NCBI GenBank assembly: GCA_026394495.1
Contig: JAPKYE010000009.1
Location: 262-64,261 of the forward strand
Reading direction: 5' to 3'
DNA: 64,000 bases
Source: Methanobacteriota archaeon
Lineage (GTDB): Archaea; Thermoplasmatota; E2; DHVEG-1
Shown: piece after piece, positions 30,139 through 40,274 of the stretch
Position numbering within the stretch: position 1 is the stretch's first letter
Layout of the letters: the number at the start of each line of letters is the position of its first letter
Position numbers and translations under genes: made by a program
The notes under the pieces: generated by a model
Databases searched by the model: none
Seen by the model: only the letters and a program-made list of their open reading frames with translations
Told to the model about the DNA's origin: nothing

Positions 30139-31146
30139 ATGGATACATATATGGTAAAAAGTCCGATGGAGATGAACTACGACGAATTGAATTCACTTCT
30201 TGATTCACTACTTGCTGCAGAAAACTTACCATGTCTCATTCCCTATAGAGATGCGCACATTCATTATAATCGGCAGCAGAGGCTACGTATGCTTTTGAAA
30301 GCCGTGTATCGTTTGTTTCAAGCCCAGTCGTTCTACATGAAAAATGTTAAAAAACAACTAAGGCCGCTTAAAAGTACGGGAGAAATTTATGATGTGTTGA
30401 AGAGTACTCGGTGTTTGAAGAGTCAGAGGACGTATTTTTATCTGTCAAAGATTGGGTTGAGCGGTCTCGCACGTCAGGTTGGTGGTCGTTTTGATGATAA
30501 GTTGTTTGTGAATTTTAATTTGGCTACGATGTTATATGATGCATCACTTGATATTCCGCAATGTCGTAAATATCTGAAAGAGTTTGATGCATCGTTCATG
30601 GAAGGAAAACGCATCGAATCATCGGATTGTTACCTTATGATTTTCCAAAACTGTGTCGATACTATTGATAAGAGATTAAATCCAGTTGAAATCCAGATGT
30701 TTAATACGTATGTGAAAATCGAACATATTGGTCAGATGATGAGCATCTATCAGTTTTCTGAGGGAGAAGCATCAAAAGAAGATTTGATGAAGATCACCTA
30801 TGCAAAAGGCGGGATGTCGGCTCTTGTACTTATGCATTTGATGGCACCAACAATGAATCAAAAACAGAGAAAAGCAATTTATGAGCTTGGTGCTGTCATG
30901 CAATTGATTGATGACATCAGTGATATAAAAGAAGATTTGAAAATAGGTATTCGGACGCTACCAAATCAAAAACTGCTGACGTTTGATGAGTTGAAATCGT
31001 TGTACTTTGGGACCGTGAATAATTTTATGAAAACATGTGAGATGGATCCAAACCGTCCAAATGAGACATTGGATATGCTGTGTTGGTTTTATGATCTTAT
31101 CTTAAAACGAAGATATCGATCGTTTCAAGAAACATACAAGAAATAA
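30139..31146 (+). CDS. squalene/phytoene synthase-family (head-to-head trans-isoprenyl diphosphate synthase) protein
   Basis: LGAVMQLIDDISDIKEDLKIGIRTLP aligns with the second Asp-rich region of CrtB/SQS (GxAFQLTNIxRDxxEDxxxGRxYLP). First DxxxD in YDASLD. Confidence 0.5.
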   Translation: MDTYMVKSPMEMNYDELNSLLDSLLAAENLPCLIPYRDAHIHYNRQQRLRMLLKAVYRLFQAQSFYMKNVKKQLRPLKSTGEIYDVLKSTRCLKSQRTYFYLSKIGLSGLARQVGGRFDDKLFVNFNLATMLYDASLDIPQCRKYLKEFDASFMEGKRIESSDCYLMIFQNCVDTIDKRLNPVEIQMFNTYVKIEHIGQMMSIYQFSEGEASKEDLMKITYAKGGMSALVLMHLMAPTMNQKQRKAIYELGAVMQLIDDISDIKEDLKIGIRTLPNQKLLTFDELKSLYFGTVNNFMKTCEMDPNRPNETLDMLCWFYDLILKRRYRSFQETYKK

Positions 31147-31327
31147 GAAATTTTTTTAATATTTTTTTTTATCTACTTGTGAATCTGCATGTAGATATGT
31201 ATGTGCTGTAGTATCTGCGAACAAGGCTAATGAAGTATTGATTTTATACTTATGTAAAAAGTCTTCATAATCAATAAAAAAATGGATGGGATCTGATAAT
31301 ACGCTTAGAAAAAAAAATATTAAAATC

Positions 31328-31972
31328 ATGAATAATATTTTTGCTGCAACCGGTATTGGTGCGATGATTGTGTTCATTGCTACTGTTCTTGTTGCAGGAA
31401 TTGCGGCATCTGTACTGATTCAAACCAGCATGGAACTTGAGACACAAGCGATGACTACAGGACAGCAAACCTTGGGTGAAGTTGCTACAGGGCTTGCGGT
31501 CACTGATATTGATGGATACGACCTTGGAAATGGTGGACTTGTATATTGGCTGGTGATCGGTGTACGAGCCAGAGCAGGGTCGCAAGATGTTGATCTTGGT
31601 CAATGTGTTATTGAGCTTTCTGATTCGAGTACGAAAAACTTTTTGACATATAACCCCGGCAACTTTACAACTAAAACAAGTATCAACGGTAATGTGTTTA
31701 CAGATACGTTTTATCCAAATTCGACCGCAAACAGTTCAACAACGTTTGGTATAATTGTTCTTGAAGATGGTGATGGCTCATGTACAGTAGTTACTCCTGT
31801 TATTAACAAAGGAGATCACGTTATGTTGACTGTAAACGCATCTGCAACTTTCGGTGGGCTCTCTACAAGAAAGGATATTTTTGGTATGGTGATACCTGAA
31901 ATAGGATCACCAGGGATAATATCATTTACAACCCCTGCTGCATATAGTGAGTTGGTTGTTCAATTACAGTGA
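31328..31972 (+). CDS. flaB: archaellin (archaeal flagellin, class III signal peptide)
   Basis: MNNIFAATGIGAMIVFIATVLVAGIAASVLIQTS is the archetypal archaellin N-terminus (prepilin-peptidase site after G, then a hydrophobic helix). Confidence 0.8.
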   Translation: MNNIFAATGIGAMIVFIATVLVAGIAASVLIQTSMELETQAMTTGQQTLGEVATGLAVTDIDGYDLGNGGLVYWLVIGVRARAGSQDVDLGQCVIELSDSSTKNFLTYNPGNFTTKTSINGNVFTDTFYPNSTANSSTTFGIIVLEDGDGSCTVVTPVINKGDHVMLTVNASATFGGLSTRKDIFGMVIPEIGSPGIISFTTPAAYSELVVQLQ

Positions 31973-32483
31973 AGAATCTTTTAAAAAATATAATAAAATA
32001 ATCTGATGGTAAAAAGAGGCAATACCAATCTATTACGCAAGGAACATCGGTCTAGCATTCTTTTTTTTTTATTCTTTTTTTGAAAATCTACTGAATTTAA
32101 ATTCGCAGTTTGATTGAACTATGGATCCAATGAGGTAACCTGCAATTAGATGAAGTATCAGTAAAAGTATCATGAGGCCTCCTGTTTTTCCTATGATAAT
32201 CAATATACCCACAATGGTGGGGTGGGGGTACATCAAAAAGTAATGTTGATTTTGTTTTTTCTTAGAATATTGCTGTCCATAGATATATTTATATGAGTAC
32301 ATTTAAGAGCATATATTAGTATATATTTTATTGAAGTAAAAAATATCAACTAAAATTCATTATTAATATTTATTGGATGACATATTCGTATTTTTTTACA
32401 GATTTAAATATATATATTTATAAGCCTTTTAATTTAGGAGGTTTTAAATAGTGAAATCAGATAGGCGGTGTGAAGCAAAGTTA

Positions 32484-32493
32484 TAAATAATTA
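32484..32493 (+). promoter_or_regulatory. candidate TATA box (TTATAAATAA) ~28 nt upstream of the hdrC start codon
   Basis: AT-rich archaeal TATA-like element. Implies a short or absent 5' UTR. Confidence 0.3.
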
Positions 32494-32511
32494 ACAACTG
32501 TTAATTTCAGG

Positions 32512-33048
32512 TTGTATCTCATGAGTATAAGAGATTTAACCTCAATGGCGGAGGCACAAGGATTACAACGAAAAGAAATAAATGAGAGACTAAAAAAATT
32601 ACAAAACGATGTCTCCGATTACTGTTTTCAATGTGCCAAATGCACCTCAGGATGCGAGGCTCACAAACTTTTAGAACTTGAACCACATAAAATCGTCGCA
32701 CTCCTGAAAAAAGGATTGATAGACGAGCTTGTCAACGCTGACATCATCTGGACCTGTATGAGTTGTCTGAAATGTTTTGAACGATGTCCGCAGAACGTTG
32801 CCCCTGTAGAAATTTTATATGCACTTAAGAACCTTGCAGTCGCCAACGGTAAACAAATACCGGGGCAATACACGGCAATTCTTCAATCTGTTTTATCGTT
32901 GGGTCTCATCCAAGATATACAAACGATGACCACTAAAGAAAACATTACAATAAAACGAGATGATTTGGGACTACCGCCACTGTCAAAACCAGTTGATTCT
33001 GCTACGTTTCAAACAGCAATCATGAAACTTGCATTAGAAAAAATTTAG
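32512..33048 (+). CDS. hdrC: heterodisulfide reductase subunit C-like
   Basis: Two C..C..C...C(P) cluster motifs (CFQCAKCTSGCEA, CMSCLKCFERCPQ). Confidence 0.8.
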   Translation: MYLMSIRDLTSMAEAQGLQRKEINERLKKLQNDVSDYCFQCAKCTSGCEAHKLLELEPHKIVALLKKGLIDELVNADIIWTCMSCLKCFERCPQNVAPVEILYALKNLAVANGKQIPGQYTAILQSVLSLGLIQDIQTMTTKENITIKRDDLGLPPLSKPVDSATFQTAIMKLALEKI

Positions 33049-33061
33049 AAAGGAACATACG

Positions 33062-33928
33062 ATGAAAAAATATGGTCTTTACCCAGGCTGCCTGATGCCA
33101 ACTGAACAGTACAGTTACGAGCTTTCTCTTCGAGAAACTCTTCCCCTTCTTGATGTTGAGCTTGTCGACATCCCAGATTTTTCCTGTTGTGGTGAACCCC
33201 TGAAAAGCGTCAATAAAATGATGACGATTTACCTATCCGCACGCAATCTAGCCCTTGCAGAAAAACACCATCTTGATCTTCTGGTTCCCTGTCCGATGTG
33301 TCATCTCGCACTCAGTGAATGTAAACGGATTCTTACGAGAAATGAAGAGATCCATGAAAAAATTACAGTAACGCTAGAATCTGAACATCTTAAATACACG
33401 GGAAAAACCAATCTTTTTCACACCGTTGATCTGCTCCATGATGTCGTCGGCGTTGACGAAATAAAAAAACACATAAAAACGCCATTCAAAGAATTGAAAA
33501 CAGCTGTACACTATGGATGCCACCTGCTACGCCCTACAGACGTTGGAAGGCCGGTGAATGCAGAAAACCCGCAGAAAATCGAAGCGATACTCAAAGCTAT
33601 TGGATTGAAACCATACGACTATGCTCAGAAACTTGATTGTTGCGGTGCTCCGCTGCTTGTTAATCACCCGGAAACATCATTAACAAAAACAGGGCAGAAA
33701 CTTCAAGCTGTTCAAACCCAAGGATTCGAATTGTTTGTTGATGTGTGCCCTTGGTGTCATAAAATGTTTGATTCTCGACAAACCAAAGCAGGAGAAACCG
33801 TTGCCACAAAACTACAGGTTCCTGTTGTGTATCTTACCCAACTTCTTGGTGTTGCACTTGGAGCAGACATCAAAAAACTTGGTTTCAATTTAAACCAAAG
33901 CCCAATCGAAAAACTTCTATTGGAATAA
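33062..33928 (+). CDS. hdrB: heterodisulfide reductase subunit B-like (two CCG domains)
   Basis: DFSCCGEPL and LDCCGAPLL cysteine-rich CCG motifs. Confidence 0.85.
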   Translation: MKKYGLYPGCLMPTEQYSYELSLRETLPLLDVELVDIPDFSCCGEPLKSVNKMMTIYLSARNLALAEKHHLDLLVPCPMCHLALSECKRILTRNEEIHEKITVTLESEHLKYTGKTNLFHTVDLLHDVVGVDEIKKHIKTPFKELKTAVHYGCHLLRPTDVGRPVNAENPQKIEAILKAIGLKPYDYAQKLDCCGAPLLVNHPETSLTKTGQKLQAVQTQGFELFVDVCPWCHKMFDSRQTKAGETVATKLQVPVVYLTQLLGVALGADIKKLGFNLNQSPIEKLLLE

Positions 33929-33943
33929 AAAAGGAAAATTTAT

Positions 33944-35905
33944 ATGACTCATCGCATCGGTGTATTCATCTGCCATTGCGGCATCAATATTGCACAAAAC
34001 GTTGACGTGGAAGCCCTGACCGAATATGCAAGTCATCTTGATGGTGTCATCGTCAGCAAGAATTACAAATACATGTGTTCTGATGCTGGCGCAAATGTTA
34101 TTAAAGATGCAATCAAAGAACACAAATTAGATCGTGTGGTGATTGCATCATGTTCTCCGCGTATGCACGAGCATACGTTTCGTGATGTTGTTCGCGACGG
34201 CGGTGTTAACCCCTATTGTTTGGAGATTGCAAATATCCGTGAGCAGTGTTCCTGGGCGCATACTGATAAGGAGCAGGCGACGGAGAAAGCAAAAGCATTG
34301 GTGCGCAGCGCGGTTGCAAAAGCAAAACTCATGGAGCCACTGAGCACTTCAACGATACCTGTTATCCCTGAGGCTCTTGTGATTGGTGGGGGGATTGCAG
34401 GTATCCAGGCGTCTCTTGATCTTGCGAACGATGGATTCAAAGTCTATCTTGTGGAACGGGAGCCGACGATCGGTGGGCGGATGGCACAACTTGATAAAAC
34501 ATTTCCAACACTTGATTGTGCATCATGTATTCTAACCCCAAAAATGATGGAGGCTGCAAACCATGCTAACATCGAACTGTTTACCTACGCAGACATAGCG
34601 AAAATAGAAGGAAGCATCGGCAACTACACGGTACAGATTAAAAAGAAACCACGGTACGTCGACATAAAGAAATGCACGGGTTGTGGTGATTGTGCACAGG
34701 CATGTCGGTTGAAAGGCCGTGTATCTAATGAGTTTGATTTAGGACTTGGGAAACGAGGGGCCGCGTATCTAGCGTTTCCACAGGCAGTCCCGTTGAAATA
34801 TACGATTGACTCCAAGCATTGTCTGTTTCTTACCAGGGGAAAATGTGGAGATACTCCCGCATGTAAAGAAGCCTGTTTACAGCAAGCAATCAACTTTGAT
34901 CAGAAAGAAGAAATCATCACAAAAAAAGTTGGTGCGATTATCGTTGCAACAGGCTACGATTTACTTGATCCCTCTGCAATCTATGAGTATGGATATGCAA
35001 CATCCGCAGATGTCATCACATCACTTGAGATGGAGCGGTTGATTAGTTCCTCTGGTCCGACAAAAGGAGAAATTCTTCGACCATCTGATCAGAAAAAACC
35101 AAAGAGCATCACCTTTATTCTTTGCGTCGGTTCACGGGATGAAACCCAGTGCACTTGGTGTTGTCGCATCGGCTGCATGAGCGCATTGAAACATGTGTAT
35201 CTTTTACGGGAGAAACTTGGGGAAGATGTAGAAATCAACGTCTGCTACACAGATATACGCTCCTATGGGAAAGGATATGAGGAGTTCTACAGGAAAGTTC
35301 GAGGTCTAAAAACAAATATGTTCCGTGGACGGCCATCTGAAGTTCGAAACATTTCTGGTCAGTTGACACTTGATATTTTTGATACGATGACGAGTAAATT
35401 ATTTGAGGTCACAACAGATCTTGTCGTTCTCGTCCCTGCGATTGTCCCACGTTTTGATGCTACAGCGTTTGCTCGTATTCTTCATCTCACGCAGAGCGGG
35501 GATGGCTTTTTGCTGGAGGCGCATCCGAAACTCAGACCGATGGATACCTTTGTGAATGGGATGTTTATCGCAGGCTGTTGTCAAGGGCCAAAAGACATCC
35601 AGGATACTGTTTCGCAGGCGAGCGGTGCCGCGTCACGGGCCGCTATAATTCTTTCAAAAAAGGAGCTTGAGATTGATCCATTGATTGCATCAGTTGATGA
35701 AGAGATATGCACTGGTTGCGGGATTTGTATTGAGGTATGTCCGTACGATGCACGTTCCCTTAATGAGAAAACCAGGGTTGCTTTAGTTAACGATGCGTTA
35801 TGCGCAGGATGCGGAGGATGCATTGCCGCATGTCCAAGTAATGCTTCGGTTCATAAGAATTTCACAAAAAAACAAATTCTTAACATGGTTGACGAAACGT
35901 TATAA
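33944..35905 (+). CDS. hdrA: heterodisulfide reductase subunit A (FAD, Fe-S)
   Basis: N-terminal RIGVFICHCGINI, FAD fold VIGGGIAGIQASLDLANDGFKVYLVEREPTIGGRM...DCASCILTPK, inserted and C-terminal 2x[4Fe-4S] ferredoxin motifs, and the CVGSRD...C.WCC block. Confidence 0.9.
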   Translation: MTHRIGVFICHCGINIAQNVDVEALTEYASHLDGVIVSKNYKYMCSDAGANVIKDAIKEHKLDRVVIASCSPRMHEHTFRDVVRDGGVNPYCLEIANIREQCSWAHTDKEQATEKAKALVRSAVAKAKLMEPLSTSTIPVIPEALVIGGGIAGIQASLDLANDGFKVYLVEREPTIGGRMAQLDKTFPTLDCASCILTPKMMEAANHANIELFTYADIAKIEGSIGNYTVQIKKKPRYVDIKKCTGCGDCAQACRLKGRVSNEFDLGLGKRGAAYLAFPQAVPLKYTIDSKHCLFLTRGKCGDTPACKEACLQQAINFDQKEEIITKKVGAIIVATGYDLLDPSAIYEYGYATSADVITSLEMERLISSSGPTKGEILRPSDQKKPKSITFILCVGSRDETQCTWCCRIGCMSALKHVYLLREKLGEDVEINVCYTDIRSYGKGYEEFYRKVRGLKTNMFRGRPSEVRNISGQLTLDIFDTMTSKLFEVTTDLVVLVPAIVPRFDATAFARILHLTQSGDGFLLEAHPKLRPMDTFVNGMFIAGCCQGPKDIQDTVSQASGAASRAAIILSKKELEIDPLIASVDEEICTGCGICIEVCPYDARSLNEKTRVALVNDALCAGCGGCIAACPSNASVHKNFTKKQILNMVDETL

Positions 35906-35919
35906 AAAAAAGCGAGAAC

Positions 35920-38900
35920 ATGAGCGAAGATAAAACCACGATAAAAACATCATCGAAACACGGTTCCGTTCTTGTGATCGGCGCCGGGATTGCAGGGATT
36001 CAGTCTGCTCTTGATTTAGCGGATGCTGGGTTCAAAGTGTATCTTGTTGATCGTGGTTTATCCATTGGTGGGACGATGACGCAGCTTGATAAAACGTTTC
36101 CCACAAATGATTGTGCGATGTGTATTCTTGCGCCTAAGCTGGTGTATACGGGTCGTCATGAAAACATTAAGATTATCACAAATGCTGATGTAACCGGGGT
36201 TACTGGTGATGTGGGAAATTTCAATGTTACGTTAACAAAGCATCCTAGGTTTGTTGATATGGAAAAATGTAATGGATGCGGGGATTGTGTGGCCTCTTGT
36301 CCTGTTTCTTTGGTTTCTGAGTTTGACGAAGGACTTGGTGTTCGAAAAGCGATTTATCAGCCGTTTCCACAGGCGATCCCAAACGTGTTTGCGATCAGTA
36401 AATCAGATGGTGTTTCACCGTGTAAAATCGCGTGTCCCGCAGAGTTGAATGCACAGGGTTTTATTGCTCTTGCAGCTCAAGGAAAATTTGCTGAAGCATA
36501 TGAATTAATCCGCGAACGGATTCCTCTTCCAGGTTCGCTGGGAAGGATTTGTTATCATCCTTGCGAGACAGAATGTAATCGAAAAGACCTTGATGAGTCG
36601 ATATCGATTTGTCGCATCCGTCGGTTTATCGCAGATTACATCTATGAGCATCCTACGGTTCTCTCTGAGTATCAGAAGAAGAAAACCGAGAAAGAAAAAG
36701 CATGTGGAAAAACCACAGAAAAAACACTGCGTGGTGCAAATACAAAAGTGGCGATTATCGGTGCTGGACCCGCTGGTTTGACTGCTGCGGTTGATCTAGT
36801 GAAACAGGGGTATTGTCCAACGATTTTTGAATCTGAGAAACACAATGGTGGGATGTTGCGGTATGGCGTCCCTGATTATCGTCTTCCTCGTGAATATCTG
36901 AAAAAAGAAATAGATATTTTATGTGAGCAGTATCAGATCGAGGTGAAGAATAATCATAAATTCGGTAAAGATATCTCAATAAAATATTTGAAAAGCCAGG
37001 GGTATAAAGCAGTCTTTCTTGCTATCGGGGCACAGAAAAGCCGCCTGGCTCGTGTATCCTGTTGTAAGGGTGCGGAAACACATATATTGCAGGGTGTAGA
37101 TTATCTGAAACAGTTGAATCGGGATATGGTTGCTCCTGATTTTTTTAAAGGAAAAAACGTAGCAGTGATCGGTGGTGGAAACGTTGCGATGGATTCCGCG
37201 CGGACCGCACGAAGGCTTGGTGGAAATGTAACCGTCGTCTATCGTCGATCTCTTAAAGAGATGCCTGCAAGCTCTGAAGAAATTGCTCATGCAAAGGAAG
37301 AAAATATTGAGTTTCTCTTTTTGACTAGTCCTGTGCAAATCCAGAAAAAAGAAAAGGATTATTGCTTGGAATGCGTCCGCATGGAACTAGGAGCGCCAGA
37401 TGATTCTGGGAGACGAACACCGATTGCTGTCAAGGGCTCTGAGTTTGATGTATTTTTTGATTATGTGATTTTTGCGATTGGCCAAGAGGTTGATACTATT
37501 GATCTTGAGAACAACGAAATTTCGGTTACATCATCTGGTCTGATTCATGTTGATCCGGTAACGTTGCAGACTTCACTGGAAGGTGTGTTTGCTGGTGGGG
37601 ATGCAGTGACCGGTCCTGCATCCGCAGTCGAAGCGATTGCTGCGGGGCATGATGCTGCGATATCTATCGATCGGTATTTACAAAACGAGGATATGAAATC
37701 TGGACGGGAACAACAGAATTATAAAAAAGCAGAGATTCCAAAGGAAGCATTACGTTTTCAGGTTAAACGCGAAATTCCTCATATTCTTGAGTATAAGAAA
37801 CGGATCAATTCGTTCGAAGAGGTTGATCAAGGATATAATGAGGAGATGGTCGTACGTGAGACGAAACGATGTTTGAACTGTGCAAGTTGCTGTGAATGTC
37901 TTCAATGTGTTCTTGCTTGTGGACGAAATGCGATCGACCATCATATGATTGATACAACAGAAACATTTTCCGTTGGATCTGTGATTGTTTCCCCTGGTTT
38001 TGCTGAGTACACACCTCCAATTGCAGGAAGCTACGGATATCGAGTATACCCGAATGTTCTTACAAGTATTGAGTTTGAGCGGATGTTGTCCGCCTCAGGA
38101 CCATACAAAGGACATTTGAAACGTATTTCTGATGGGAAAAAACCAAAGAGAATCGCATGGTTGCAATGTGTTGGTTCCCGGGATGAGAGTTGTGAGAAAC
38201 GGTATTGTTCTTCGGTGTGTTGCATGTATGCGACTAAAGAGGCAGTGATCGCAAAAGAACATGAGCCTGGGATGGAAACCCATATTTATTTCATGGATGT
38301 GCGCTCTTTTGGGAAAGATTTTGAACGGTATTTTACTCGTGCTGAAAACGAGTATGGTGTCGTGTATCGTCGGTGTCGTATTCCTCATATTGAGCAGGAT
38401 CGAACGACGAAGGATTTGAAGATTTCGTATGTTGATGTCGATGGAACGTTGAAAACAGAAACATATGATTTGGTTGTGTTGTCTGTGGGACTTCAGCCGT
38501 GTTCTGCTCTTGGTGATCTGAGCAAGGCTCTTCAGGTGAATTTAAACGAATATGGATTCATTGAAACAGATTCGTTTTCACCTGTTCTTACTTCACGACA
38601 AGGAGTTTTTGCTTCGGGGACGGTAACGGAACCAAAGGATATCCCGGAGAGCGTTACTCAGGCATCAGCGGCAGCATCTGAAGCAGCAATAGTCATCGCT
38701 GATGCGCGGGGTACTGAGATCGTCGAAAAAACATATCCAGTGGAACGAGAGATACGGTTGGATATTCCCCGGATCGGTGTTTTTGTGTGTCATTGCGGGA
38801 TAAACATTGCAGGTGTTGTTGATATAAAAATGGTTGTCGAAGCAGCGAAAAAATTCCCTTACGTGACACACGCTGATGATAGTATTTTCACCTGTTCGCA

Positions 38901-39498
38901 GGATTCTCAAGAAAAGATAAAAGAAAAGGTACAGGAGCTTGGGTTGAATCGTGTGGTTATCGCATCATGTACACCTAGGACTCATGAGCCATTATTCCAG
39001 GATACATTACGGCAGGCTGGTTTGAACCCGCATTTGTTTGAGATGGCTAACCTTCGGGATCAGAACTCCTGGGTTCATAAAAATGATCCTCATTCTGCTA
39101 CAAAGAAAGCAATTGATGCTGTCCGCATGGCGGTTGCAAAAGCCGCGGATTTATCCCCAATTAAACATCAGCAGATCTCGGTGACGCCAAGTGCTCTTGT
39201 GATCGGTGGTGGCATTGCAGGGATGCAGTCAGCACTCTCAATTGCGGATCAAGGATACCATGTGTATCTTGTGGAAAAAGAACCAATGCTTGGTGGTCAT
39301 CTCAAAGACATCTACCTGGGGATCCGCAATGAAAACCCTCAGGAATTGTTACATTCAACCATAAAAAAAGTTACTCATCATCCACAGATTTCTGTTTTCT
39401 TAAATTCTACAGTACATGAAATCAAAGGATATGTCGGAAATTTCACAACAGCTGTGAAATCAAAGGATATAAATGGTTCAATGTGTCGGATCACGTAA
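35920..39498 (+). CDS. HdrL-like megaprotein: HdrA FAD module with inserted GltD-like NAD(P)H-binding domain, fused to a second HdrA module (N-terminal part)
   Basis: VIGAGIAGIQSALDLADAGFKVYLVDRGLSIGGTM...; GltD-like VAIIGAGPAGLTAAVDL...GGMLRYGVPDYRLP...GGGNVAMDSARTA; then RIGVFVCHCGINI and LVIGGGIAGMQSALSIADQGYHVYLVEKEPMLGGHL. Ends prematurely relative to the paralog at 42535. Confidence 0.75.
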   Translation: MSEDKTTIKTSSKHGSVLVIGAGIAGIQSALDLADAGFKVYLVDRGLSIGGTMTQLDKTFPTNDCAMCILAPKLVYTGRHENIKIITNADVTGVTGDVGNFNVTLTKHPRFVDMEKCNGCGDCVASCPVSLVSEFDEGLGVRKAIYQPFPQAIPNVFAISKSDGVSPCKIACPAELNAQGFIALAAQGKFAEAYELIRERIPLPGSLGRICYHPCETECNRKDLDESISICRIRRFIADYIYEHPTVLSEYQKKKTEKEKACGKTTEKTLRGANTKVAIIGAGPAGLTAAVDLVKQGYCPTIFESEKHNGGMLRYGVPDYRLPREYLKKEIDILCEQYQIEVKNNHKFGKDISIKYLKSQGYKAVFLAIGAQKSRLARVSCCKGAETHILQGVDYLKQLNRDMVAPDFFKGKNVAVIGGGNVAMDSARTARRLGGNVTVVYRRSLKEMPASSEEIAHAKEENIEFLFLTSPVQIQKKEKDYCLECVRMELGAPDDSGRRTPIAVKGSEFDVFFDYVIFAIGQEVDTIDLENNEISVTSSGLIHVDPVTLQTSLEGVFAGGDAVTGPASAVEAIAAGHDAAISIDRYLQNEDMKSGREQQNYKKAEIPKEALRFQVKREIPHILEYKKRINSFEEVDQGYNEEMVVRETKRCLNCASCCECLQCVLACGRNAIDHHMIDTTETFSVGSVIVSPGFAEYTPPIAGSYGYRVYPNVLTSIEFERMLSASGPYKGHLKRISDGKKPKRIAWLQCVGSRDESCEKRYCSSVCCMYATKEAVIAKEHEPGMETHIYFMDVRSFGKDFERYFTRAENEYGVVYRRCRIPHIEQDRTTKDLKISYVDVDGTLKTETYDLVVLSVGLQPCSALGDLSKALQVNLNEYGFIETDSFSPVLTSRQGVFASGTVTEPKDIPESVTQASAAASEAAIVIADARGTEIVEKTYPVEREIRLDIPRIGVFVCHCGINIAGVVDIKMVVEAAKKFPYVTHADDSIFTCSQDSQEKIKEKVQELGLNRVVIASCTPRTHEPLFQDTLRQAGLNPHLFEMANLRDQNSWVHKNDPHSATKKAIDAVRMAVAKAADLSPIKHQQISVTPSALVIGGGIAGMQSALSIADQGYHVYLVEKEPMLGGHLKDIYLGIRNENPQELLHSTIKKVTHHPQISVFLNSTVHEIKGYVGNFTTAVKSKDINGSMCRIT

Positions 39499-40267
39499 TG
39501 ATGATCATCCGTACTGCAGTAGGATATGTTGTTCGCAGGCGATCAAGAATGCACTTCAATTAAAAGAAATCAACCCTGATACCACTGTGTATGTTTTGTA
39601 TCGAGATATTCGTACGTATGGGTTCCGTGAAGATATTTTATATCAGAAGGCGCGGAAAAAAGGTATTATATTTATGTGGTATCCAGATGAAAAAGAACCA
39701 GCGGTATCAGTTGAACATGGAAAACTTCTCGTGAAAACAACTGATCATATTCTCGGCCGGGAGTTTTTGTTTCATCCAGATGCTTTGGTGTTAAGTACTG
39801 GTATTGTACCGCAGGATAACAGAGTGCTTTCTCAACAATTGAAGGTTCCATTGACGCAGGATTCATTTTATGCGGAGGCGCATGTGAAGTTGCGGCCTGT
39901 TGATTTCTCCGCTGACGGTATTTTCCTCTGTGGTCTTGCGCATTCCCCGCGGTTTCTTGAAGAATCTATTGTTCAGGCGCAGGCAGCATCTGCCCGTGCC
40001 GCAACTATTCTTTCTAAAAAAGATATAGAAACGAAAGGTAATGTCGCGTATGTTCGTTCGCGGAACTGTGGCGGATGTCAACTCTGTGTGACTGTTTGTC
40101 CGTATGATGCTATCACGTTTGATGCGGAAAAAAATGTTGCTGTGGTAAACGAGATTTTATGTCAAGGTTGCGGGGCATGTTCTGCGATTTGTCCAAGTGG
40201 GACGTCGCAGCAGCATACCTTTACGAAACGACAAATTGTGTCGATGGTGGATACGTGTTTGGAGTGA
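39473..40267 (+). CDS. HdrA C-terminal fragment (CVGSRD/CC block plus 2x[4Fe-4S]), continuation of the preceding gene in another frame
   Basis: MVQCVGSRNDDHPYCSRICC ... CGGCQLCVTVCPYDA ... CQGCGACSAICPSG. Overlaps the upstream ORF by 26 nt. Confidence 0.7.
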   Translation: MVQCVGSRNDDHPYCSRICCSQAIKNALQLKEINPDTTVYVLYRDIRTYGFREDILYQKARKKGIIFMWYPDEKEPAVSVEHGKLLVKTTDHILGREFLFHPDALVLSTGIVPQDNRVLSQQLKVPLTQDSFYAEAHVKLRPVDFSADGIFLCGLAHSPRFLEESIVQAQAASARAATILSKKDIETKGNVAYVRSRNCGGCQLCVTVCPYDAITFDAEKNVAVVNEILCQGCGACSAICPSGTSQQHTFTKRQIVSMVDTCLE

Positions 40268-40274
40268 ATAATTT

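Noticed and set aside
32069-32302. 77-aa hydrophobic minus-strand ORF in the AT-rich region upstream of hdrC
   Set aside because: Very AT-rich and lies in the probable hdr promoter region. No ribosome-binding site or conservation evidence. Left unannotated.
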